Positions 46,821 through 57,665 of a stretch of 64,000 nt of DNA are shown piece after piece. This DNA comes from Lama glama (taxonomy: Eukaryota): NCBI GenBank assembly GCA_028534125.1, contig CM052818.1, forward strand, positions 34,474,001 through 34,538,000, in the 5' to 3' direction. A program made the translations under genes and the position numbers. Positions within the stretch are counted from its first letter, which is position 1; every line of letters starts with the position of its first letter. Below the pieces are notes generated by a model that worked only from the letters and a program-made list of their open reading frames with translations, was not told the DNA's origin and did no database searches.

Positions 46821-49216
46821 TACCTGCATGGGGCTTGCTGGCTCATGACAATTTGAGTCGCAGTGTTTAGCTCCTACGACCTGAGTCCCCCAGCGTGTTT
46901 AGAGGCTGAAGTGGGCGGGATCTTAGATAAAGTGTGGGTTCCCTCAGCCAGGTCACTGGGCTGCTGATCTTCAGGGCATCTCCAGAAGGAGAAGACACAA
47001 CACCCAGCTGTTGTGGCTGTAGGAAGAGAATTATGCCAGTGCAGCCTCAGGCTGGAGAGAGGCTCTCTGTCCCCAGTAGCCCCCTGCAGTCCCTGCAGTG
47101 TCCCTCCCCAACAATGCCAGACCTTGCGCCAGCTCCTGGAACTGACAGCAACACAGTGAGAATCACTGAACCAAACCACCATGTTGATTAGCTTTTACCC
47201 TGAGCTGGGTTCTATGCTAAGTGCTTCATCAGCCTCACAATAACCCAGAGAAGCAGTACTGTGGCTTCACAATCATGTTACAGGGAAGGAGGGGGAGGGA
47301 TGGAGAGGGGAACTCACCCACCCTCACCCACAGGCTAACTGTGAGCGGCACTGCAGTCAAGGCAGACATTGGAAGCCTATTTGTTGAGTGCCTACCATGT
47401 GCCAGGCCCCATGCTGGGTGCAGGGAGACCCCAGTGAATGAGACAAGAATGGGCCACCGGCTCTGCTCAGGCTCTGGACTGCTAAGTGAGACAGTCAAGC
47501 TATCCCAGGAGTTTTGGAGGTAGCAGGAAGGGAGGGAGCTGTTGTGTAGAGAGACAAGGCCTAGGCTTGGAGCCCGCTCTGCCACTTTTGGTAGTCCTCC
47601 CTGACAGGAGTCTGACTCTTAGAGAGAGGCATAGGTAGCATGGGTGACTGTCACAGTCACCTAGTGCTGTGTAACAAACCATTCCAAAGCTCAGAGAAGT
47701 TGATAGGCCAAGTCAGAAAGATATCATCAGAAAGTGATGGAGGGAGAGGTCAGGGAGGTGTGAGGGTCAGCCCCACCCAGGTACTCAAGCTCCCACAGGA
47801 AAAAAGAAACAACTGAATAAAACCAAATTAAGTCACGCCTCTGATTTCTGCGGTGCTGAGTCACTGACAAAATCCTGTTGCCCGTGTGATCCCATTTGGT
47901 TCTCTGCACAGCTCTGTAAGGGAGATTCTGCCTCCCTCTCCTCCCCACCCCCACTTTGCAGATGAGGCAGCTGAGCGCAAGGGAGAGGGACAGGCATGGC
48001 CTCGAGGCATGAAGCTACCTAGTGGCAGAGCCAGGATTACAACTCTTAGAGTTGGCAGAAGAACTAAGAGAAGTGACTGGCGGGCAGGTCCTTCGTCGCT
48101 CAGTGGAACTCACTGCTGCCCACACAGCGCAGTAGATGTCGGCTGCGGCTGCGTCGGCTGAGTCGGCTAAGTGGAGGATGGCAGCGTTGAGAACCACTGA
48201 GCGAGAGGCAGGGACAGAGACAGAGGCAGAGAGACAGACAGACTTCCAGGTTCCTGGTTCCTCTGTGTTCACCTAATTAATGTCACGCTTCAACACCCCC
48301 TTCCGCTGCTGGTGCCATTTCCACAGCTCCTTTTCCTCCTAACCCCTCCCTCCTTCCCAGGCTAAAATCCCACGTGCAGACCCTCAGGTGGATCAAAGAT
48401 GCTTTCACTCTTGATTCTAAGAAAACAAAAATCTCAGTGTCCCTCCTCCCCTCTGCACTGCGGCTCATGAGTTAGGCCTTCCCGCGCTGGTTTATTTCCC
48501 TGCAGCCTAGTAACAGCAACTTCATTAAGAAAACCGCGCTTCCGGCTGAGCTGGAAGCCTCCAGACAGCAGGAGCAGGAGCAGCTCACTGAGGCCTGCAG
48601 CCAGGCTGCCTCCCACGCTCCCTTCCCTGCCCTTCTTCCTTCTGTGTCCACGACCTCCCAAGTCCCCCCACGCCCCTCTCACAGCCCTCTTCCTCCTCAG
48701 GTCCCCTGTCCATCCTCTGCTTCTTCCTCCACCTGCCGGCTCCAACTGACCACGGAGACGTCAGGGGCTTCTCTGGACCTCGGCCAGTGCTGGAGAGAGA
48801 GGACATGAAGGCCATCTTCCTGAGACAGGCTCTGTCCACACTGGGCTGTGACCTGCCACGTCCCCCAGCTCCCGGGTCCCCAATGGGAGAAGGCAACACA
48901 GCTTTGAAATGGCAAACTTGCAGGGTGGGCTGTCAGAAGCCTTCCCAGCACCTGCTGGGCCACTAACAACAGAGTCCTGTCACTTCCCTGAGCCCTAGTT
49001 TCTCTGTCTATGGGATGGAGAACTCATTACCAGCCTCTTGGGTTGTTGTAAAGACTAAATAAATTAATACATCTAAAGCATTCAGGCCTTCACAGTGAAA
49101 AATTCTCTACCAATGACAGCCATTATTACTTTTCCTATTTTTATTTATTCCTAGCCTATTGTGCATTCCGAATTTTGTAGGGTATAAAAATAAAACTTAA
49201 CAAGTCGTTCCCTAAT

Positions 49217-49374
49217 GGGGGAGGGTATAGCTCAGAGGTAGGGTGCGTGCTTAGCATGCGTGAGGTCCTGGGCTCAATCCCCAGTATCTCCATTAAAAAA
49301 TTAATTAATCAAATAAATTAAATAAAGCCTAATTACTTTCCCTCAATAAAAATTTTTTTTTTGATTTTTAAAAA
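49217..49374 (+). mobile_element. tRNA-Ala-derived SINE (Vic-1-like, camelid)
   Basis: GGGGGAGGGTATAGCTCAGAGGTAGGGTGCGTGCTTAGCATGCGTGAGGTCCTGGGCTCAATCCCCAGTATCTCC, then an AT-rich tail with cctaattac. Possible eroded TSD aa(c/a)aagtc..t.cct. Confidence 0.88.
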
Positions 49375-50974
49375 GTCACTGCCTTCCATCTGCTCTGTCA
49401 AATCCCCCCCAACACCAGATACCAGCTCTCAGCAGCAGGTTGAGCAGACCGCAGAGCTTTCTGGTCATTTTCAGTTACTCAAAGTCCAGTTCAGAAGGTT
49501 CTACTGCTCCACCCTGGCACCCCCTCTCTCAGGCTTGTGGCTCAAGACTCAGAGTGAGACAGGGACCTGCTCAGGCCCTCCACCTCCTCCTTCCCCTCCA
49601 GCAGGGGCCAGGGGACATGGTCTGATTCTTGGTCTCTGACATGGACGTGACCCTCCTTGTGATGTGGCAGCTTGCAGGTGAGCTCCAACCAGCTCTTGAA
49701 GCCTCTGAAAATCTCACAGGACACCATGGGGATGTGTTCTGGATGTGGATTTCCAACCTTGGACCCCTGGCTCCACCCACTCCAGCTCCTGCCCCCGCTT
49801 CATCTGAGCTGGGGACCCCTTCCCAGGCAGACAGCCGTGGGTGGAGAGTCAGCAGGCTGGCTCAAGCCCGACTAACTTTCACAGCACCCACTGGACCCAC
49901 AGAGCATAAAGGTGGCAGAGCAGGCTCCTTCCTGGGAGCTGTCCTTGTCTGAAGGTGCCCCATGGTTCTCTCAAGAGGCTCAGGGGCAGACCAGTCAGTC
50001 CACCGCCCAGGCAGATGTCACTGGGAACTTGCATGACAGCCTCCCCTTCCTGCAGGGCCTCAACCTCTCTGAGCTATTCTGCCAGGAAAGGACCTCAAAA
50101 ACACTGTGCCTAGGATGTGACTCTTTCTAGCTCTCCCATTCCCCATCTTTTACATTGCAAAAGGAGGAAGAACCAGAGGGTGATGGTTGGGATAGCAAAC
50201 CTTTGAGGCATCCCTGAGGAAAATGCCTGGCCCTGCCTGTTGGCAGCTCTCTTTAGAGAATGGAGAACTTCATACATTTTGGCCTGTTTTCAGCCCTCAT
50301 TGCCATTTCTAGGACATCTGGAAAAATTGCCTCGAACTTCCCATTCATCATTATTATTGACTCGATAATGAAACCAAGATGGAAAGGTAAATCTAGAAAT
50401 AGTGAGTGGAGACAGGCTATCCCTCCTCTGTGGGTCTGACCCTAATAACACTAGACTGCTAAAATCTGTCCCCAAAGTTAGCATTGCCAGTGTAAGTGGT
50501 GGTTTGACCTGAATGGGGAAGGCAGAGCTTGGACTGGTCAGAGTGAGCCTGACAGGAGAGCCCTGGAAGCTAACAACTCCACTCCACACACAGCAAAACC
50601 CAAGCTCACCAACCACAACCCTGGAGCCCGCCCCACTCTGGTTGCACCACACACTTACAAGTGACCCCAAGAGCTAGGAGACCACTAGGAATCAATGGAA
50701 AAAGCTCTGGACTGAGAATCAGAAGCCCTGGTTGGCTCTAGGTTCTCCCACTGACTATATGACCTTGGGCAGGTCACCCAGCCTCTACAAGCACCATCTA
50801 CACGATCCATGCTACAAGGCGGTGTTGGAATTAAATGAGATTCCAGCTGTGAGCTTTGTCCCTGTGGAGCATGGGCTGATGTGAGGGGCCATCTTACCAG
50901 GGATCCCCTTTCCCGTTCCCGGTACCCCTCCCTGTCATTTCTACCCAAGGCTACAGCTGTCCGTCTCTCCCCAG

Positions 50975-51063
50975 ACCTTCCGGTGGCCAGTGGCCAGTAG
51001 CATCAACAGCAATGAGATGCTTGAGATTCAGATCTTCAACTACAGCAAAGTCTTCAGCAACAA
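50975..51063 (+). CDS. OTOF: Otoferlin exon 3 (89 bp); [29 protein letters not shown](K)
   Basis: ctctccccAG acceptor, AA|GTAAGT donor; phases 0/2. Confidence 0.97.
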
Positions 51064-52081
51064 GTAAGTGTGGGGTAGGGCGGGGCAGGAGACGCGGGGC
51101 CCAGAGGGGTGGGGATCCTGCCTTGTTCCTTGGGCTGCCCTCTCCTTTGAGTTTAAAAAGTGGACCCACACCCACTGCCTGCCCTGGATTAACCTCAACT
51201 TGGGGTTAGGAATCAGGAAAGGCCAAAACACGTGGGCTCCGAGGATTCTGCGGTTTTTATGAGGAGTCTGCAAGATCTCAGCTGAGTACGAGGTGTGGGC
51301 ATTCCAGGCCTGCAGGCAAGGATGCCTCCCTTCAGCCTCTCAGGGCATCCCATCATTCAGGCAGCCGTCTCCAGCACCCACAAGAAAGGCTGGTTAGATA
51401 CCCCACCATGGTCCCTCAAGATGAAGCATCACCTTCTTCCCTGAGATGAAAGACCTGTAAGGATAGGAGAATGTGCACAACGAGGTGGATGTGGAGGAAG
51501 AAGCAAAATCAGAACCCAAGGGTGGGGAGGGGCATCCAGGCAGCCCAGCAGGGACCAATAGTAGATGACAGAGCATCTGGGAGCCTCAGAGCTCAGTCAG
51601 TGCCACCCTTGCCATACAGATGGGGAAATTGAGTCTCAGAGAGGATACTGAGGCCACGTGGGTAGACAGCAGTGGAGTGGGGCTAGGATACATGCCTTCT
51701 TCCTTCCCTTCCTAGTCCTCAAACTCCCAGAAACCAGGGTATGTGAGCAGTGATGGTGGAAACCAAGGAGGTGGAAGAGACTGTTAAATCGTTTAAGTAA
51801 AAGCTGCTAGACTGATCCCTGAAGTGCAGGAAACCCTTGAAAACATCAAAACTCCTGCTATACACAAATCAGAAGTATTCGGTAAATTGTTTAGGAAATT
51901 GACTACCTGGAATATAAGGCTTCGATGAGTTGTTCTAAAATGCCAGCAAGGGGGGGACAGAAGGGAGCAGTTTCTTTTCTGATTCTCCTTCTCCTCTCTC
52001 CCCACCCTCCCTGCCCCCACCCAAGAAGAGGCAGGAAAGCCCACAAGGGGAGGCCTGGGCCTGGTGGGAGAGGATCCTGCA

Positions 52082-52099
52082 GTTTCCATGGAAACCTGA
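52082..52099. promoter_or_regulatory. Perfect palindromic RFX X-box GTTTCCATGGAAAC overlapping a SIX/MEF3 site GAAACCTGA
   Basis: Read directly in OTOF intron 3; function not shown. Confidence 0.55.
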
Positions 52100-54902
52100 A
52101 GGATGTCCAGGGCACTGCTGACTGCAGAGCTGGGGTGAGAAGGAGGGCCCACCCTGCCACAGGCCAGTTCAGGGGTCGGAGAGGGAGGATGCAGTGTTTG
52201 GAGTCAGGTGGGGCTCGGGTCTCCCACTCTGGCATCTAGGCTCCATTTCCCAGAGCCAAAGAAAAAGCCCACCTGGTATTTGCCCTCTGTTCCCACCAGG
52301 GCTTGGCTCAGTCACCAGGCTCCTTCTTATGGGGCAGCTGGGGAGCTCTAGGGGTCACACTGGGCTCAGCAACCAGCAAAGCCATACCCACTGCTTGGGA
52401 CAGTGGCTGGCACCCAGCAGGCCCCCACTCCCTTTGTGGAATGAGTGACTGAATAAATGCCCTCTTGGGTCAGGAGGAGAAAGTGTACAGGGCAGGAGAG
52501 TCTGGGAGCAGGAATCCAAGTGGTCCTTCTTCTCTGAAGAGTTCTGGGTGCATTTGGGGAAACCGAGGCTGGTGTGAGAAACAGAACCTATGGGCCTGAT
52601 CCCATCCCTTCTTTGGAGAAAGAAACTTGTTTTCGAAGTGGGAGGGCAGCTTGGAAACTGGCTCCTCACTCAGCAGTTGTAGAGGCTGCCGGGAAGAGGA
52701 GACATGGTGGGAAGGAAGAAAGTGTCCTAGTCAGAGGCCAGGAGACCCCATGAGGTCTGCTTTGCCCACATTGAAAGAGGTCCTTTTTCAAGAGCCTTGG
52801 GCTGTTCTGTGATGATGTGGTGTTGGGTCCAGAGGATCTTGTGTGACACCCTCTGCCTGTCCAGGACCCTTGAAGGGTGATTGCCTGACCCAGACACTGG
52901 TCTCCTGGGGCTCCTGAATAATTCAGGGGCCAGGAGAACACAGGCCTCAGGCACCTGACACCACCTCCCAGGGGAAAGCAATGAATTATTGACAGGTCCT
53001 GGTGCCTGGTTGCAGCTCTATTGTAGTCAGTCTGTGGGCCTGTCTGTGTCTGAGGCCCCCTCCCTGCTGGCTAATTACCTAGGAATCCTGCTCCCTCTCT
53101 GGCTACTCTGGCTACTCTGGAGCCTCCATTGGGGCCAGTCCGCCCTTCTGAGCAGAATGTGGACTCTGTGGGGGGTGCCCCCTGTGCAATGGGTAACCTG
53201 GATTGGCTGCATAAGGGAGGTTGTCGAAGGACAGAAGATTAGATTCCAGCCCTTTCACCAACAGCCTGGGGGAAACAGGCCCAGAGAGGGCCCTTGCCTC
53301 GGATCACGCAGCAGGGTCAAAGCAGAACTTGGTCCTCAACCCAGACCCCCTGACCCCTGTGCCAGCATTCCTTCCCGAAGAATGAACAGCCTCACACCTC
53401 CACTTTCCAGGGAAAGGACCCAGCTGTCCAGGGGCATGGCAGCCCACCCTGGGCATGGGGGCCCACCTCTTAGGCAGCTCCTCCTGGCTGACCCACGCAG
53501 AGAAACAGAGGTAATAGGCAGACCCCGCTGCCAGGTTTCCGCCAGGCTAGACAAAGGGTAACCAGGGTCCAGGTGTGGGGCGTGGTCTCCAGAGTCACCA
53601 CGCAAGCCAGAGCCAAGGCTTCCTTCCCGCACCAGCTCCTTTCCCCAGAGTACATCTGTGGAGGGGTTGAGGGGCAATGGAAGCAGCAAGAGGGCACTTG
53701 TTTTGAAGCTGTGTTTTCATAGCAAGCACCTTGGTTTTGCTTAGATGGTACGTTACAGACTTGTAAAAAGAGCAAACTTTATAAAAATGCTTTTCATTAT
53801 GCTTTACATAAGACTGAGATCATATCAATCGTCTATTTCAAAGAATACTATTTTTTTACCTTTGTTTGGGGAAGTAGGGGGGAAGGGTTAGGAATAAAGC
53901 ATCGCCATCTCAAGCCACCCCTGGGGCTGTGATGAGCCTAGTCCTTTGGCCTTGCTAGCTCCCTGGATCCCTACCCATCCTCTGGGCGGCAGATGAGCTC
54001 CGGCTCTGTGAGGCTGCGCATCTGCACCCAGAGCCCATCCTGCAAAGGGGACCAGGCTGCGTGGGCCCTCTAGATGGCAAAAGCACCCCAACGCTGAAAT
54101 CTGAGGACATTCACTTGAGTGTACTCACCACCACCCAGTAAAGCAAGCAGTCTCACCTCCTTTGGGGACATGGGAAAAAAGCAAGGCTCAGAGAGGTTGG
54201 AGAACCAGCCAAAGTCACACAGCTGCCCAGGTGGTGGAATCTCCTTTAGACCTTGCTGGCAAACCTACCTCTGTCTGACTCCAGAGTCCAGGCTCTTTCT
54301 GCTGTCTATACTGCCTCCTATTAGGGATGGCATTTAGTCTGTGTGTGGACAGGGCTCGGACCAGGGCCTGAGGAGCTGGGGATTTGCCAGAAGGCAGACC
54401 TGGGCTTACTATGTGATTGAAGCAGAAGTGGATGGACAAACAGTCAGGACGAACAGGTCCTGGTGCCTGGCTGCAGCTCTGTTGTAGTCAGCCTAGTCAG
54501 GCCCCATCATGGGGCATCTAGCTGGGGCTTGAGAGCCTGTGTCAAAGAGGCGGTTTAAGGGACTCCTCCTGGACGGAATGCTAGACAAGCTCTTCTTTAA
54601 GGCCCCTCTCAAGTCTAAAGATCTGAGACTCTGACCTTGGTTAAGCCTGGAAGGCACAGAAGCCTTGTCTGAGCACTTGGGGTGGGGGCGGGGGTGGTTG
54701 GGTGGAGGGTGGAAATAGCTCCATCCTGCCCCCTGGGGGTATCTTGTGACATTGCAGCATCTCTGCTGATCCTGGGCCTTCCTGTCTGAGCAACTTCGAG
54801 GCAAAGTTGTACCTGTGCACAAAACACTCAGCAGGTGCTCACCAGGTCCTAGTGGCACTAACATGGCCTGAAGTTCCAGTCCGCAAAGGGCAGCAGTAGA
54901 AC

Positions 54903-55290
54903 AGGGATTCTCCAGATGTGCTCCCCCACCACCGTCATCAGCATCTCCTGGACACTTGTCAGAAATACCCATTCTTGGGCCCCACCCCGCCTGCTGAGTC
55001 AGACTCCCTGGGGCGGAGCCTCTGGTGAGCTGAGGCTGCCTCTCACCCAACTTACCCTCTTAGCCATCTCTCCCAACACTGAGTTCAGTGACTTCACACT
55101 GGAAACTTGAAATTGGCCTTGGTGGGAGTACTTACACCTTGGAAGTGGGCAAAATCTACAAGTCAGGTCTGCCCTTCCCCTCCCCTCGCCAGTCGTTAAA
55201 CAGTTGCCAGCACAGTCGCGGCTGGGTGGGTCCCAGTCATTTGTGTTTTAACAAGTATGATTGTATCCATGCCAAAGTTTAGAAGCACTG
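54903..55290 (+). mobile_element. MER5A-like hAT fossil interrupted by a MER63-like element (~55021-55219)
   Basis: Left MER5A text (catcagcatctcctggacacttgtcagaaat..ttcttgggccccacccc..ctgctgagtcagact..ggggcggagcc) resumes after the insert (gtgttttaacaag..aaagtttagaagcactg). The insert has cttgaaattggccttggtgggagta..ctacaagtcagg..gttaaacagttgccagcaca, resembling 19162-19390. Confidence 0.7.
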
Positions 55291-56699
55291 ATTAATATCC
55301 AAAAGAGGTGAGGCTGCAAAAAACCTAGTGTATTCTTTCATGCTTATAGTCTAGTGTTAGAAGAGCTACACAATGACAAAATTGAGACTTGGGGGCAGCG
55401 GCACCATGTCTCTGACCCCCAGCCCAGCACTTGCGTCTGCCCCGCCCAAGCTGGGGAGAAGCTGGGATGCAGCAAAGGAGGAAGCTTTCGAGGGGCGGGA
55501 TCGGGAGACCCAGTGGAGGAATGGACAAACAGCTGGCAGATGGGGCTCTGAACCTCAGACGGAAGCATTTCATATTCATTGACCATGGCTGCTCCCACCA
55601 CTTCCTCCCCTCACACAGACAGGAGGCTTTTCTTAAAGTGTTCACCCTCCATGGCCCTTGGGAGAATGCAGGTATCAAAAACGTCTGTTAAAGTTAGGAT
55701 CCACCTGATACTTCACCTCACCCGGATTGGCCATTAAATTAACTGTGTCCCTCCCTGCTTTCTCGGCCTCACCTTCCTTCTCTAGAAATCCAGGGCAGCA
55801 CCAGATGATCCTAAAGTCCCCTCCAGTTCTCCCAGCCTATAGATGCCTCCCCAGCTGTTGTCCTTTCAACCAGGAATTGTGTACATTTTAATCTACCCCA
55901 TGTGGAATCACCATGTGAGACCATCTCTCTGAGTACACTGTTTTCTCCCAGAGCCATAGCCTTCAAACCATGGGATGAAATGACAATCAGGTCAACTCCA
56001 TCTGCATGTATGGGGTACCCACTGTTGTTCATTAATTCAGCCATTAGATTTTGAGATCTCCTGTGAGCCAGAAATATCAAATAGAGGCTGGAAACTGGAA
56101 ACAACTGCTTCCCTGGAAAGGCTGGGAGAATGGAAATCCCACAGTCAGGTGGGTCCTTGCCCCAAGGAACTTACAGAATGCAGGTGTGAGCATCACTACT
56201 GACTAAACAAGATGAATACGGCCCAGCGGTGCCAGTGAGGAGTAATGACCTTGGTTGTGTTTAGAGAGGCGGGAGGGGGAGGAGCAATTTGTGTGTCCAG
56301 GAGCCTCCTGTCCTTCCCCAGCAGTATCCCTGCTGGGCATCTGGAAGGTGTCCTTCAAGGGCTCAGCTGAGCCCTGATTGCACATGCCCTGAGGAACACA
56401 GGGCTCCACTGTGATATCCTGACCCCAGTCTGTGAACATTCCCCTGGGTGCATGCTTCCCTCAACTCTCCCAGGGAAACAGCTCTCATACACACAACCAC
56501 GCACAGTTGCTGGGGGTCACAGACCCTCCTGGACATGCCGCCCTGGCCAGGACCAGCCCTCGCTCCAGAGACACCTTCTCCAACCCCAACCTGGAGCTCA
56601 AGCAAGCCCTCCCTCTCTGCAGCCCACTTGTCTCCTTCCTGGCCAGTCACAGCCTCTTGGGATGTCAGCCTGGCTCCTCATTCTGGCCTCTTCATGTGA

Positions 56700-57074
<375 letters not shown>

Positions 57075-57469
57075 TGAGAGTACAAGAGAAGTGCCTGGGG
57101 CAGGGGTGCCCTCCCTTCTGCACACGGGGGGCCTCCCAGCTCAGGAATCACTAAAGAGGCGTCTCTCATTATCCAAAAGTCAGCCTGAACCCTGCTGGCC
57201 ACTCCAGGGCATAACTGACACCTTGGTGTCTAAGACTAGCCATTCTGTGAGGGCAAGGACCTTCTTTCCATTCCATCTGTCACATCCTATCCCAGCAATT
57301 CCAGCAGGGAAGAACACACATGCACCAGTGACGCCCAGTCTATAGACACTTAAAACAAGTTCAAACAAAGGAAGGAAATCAACCAATCAGAATGCCCAGA
57401 CCCCAAGCTCGGCTCTGGTGCATCTGTCCCCTTGAGCTCATCCATGTCACCCCTGGGCAGTTGAACCTA

Positions 57470-57665
57470 GTGGTGAGATACAGACCTTAGTGAGGCCACT
57501 CACTAACTGTGTGACTTGGGCAGGCTACATATTATCTGCAAAGTGAGCAAAATTATCGAATTTACTTCACAGGATTGTTCTAAGGATTAAATGGGAATTC
57601 ACAGAAAGTGCTTAGAACAGTTAAGCAGAGAGACAGTGCTCAATAAATGTACAGAAGACTATCAG
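57470..57665 (+). mobile_element. MIR SINE
   Basis: ccactcactaactgtgtgacttgggcagg..atctgcaaagtgag..cacaggattgttctaaggattaaatg..aaagtgcttagaacag..gtgctcaataaatgt. Confidence 0.8.

Noticed and set aside
49217..49292. Apparent tRNA-Ala gene (also at 39175-39248 on minus)
   Set aside because: The acceptor and T arms are degenerate, an AT-rich SINE tail follows, and there are two diverged copies. These are SINEs, not tRNA genes.
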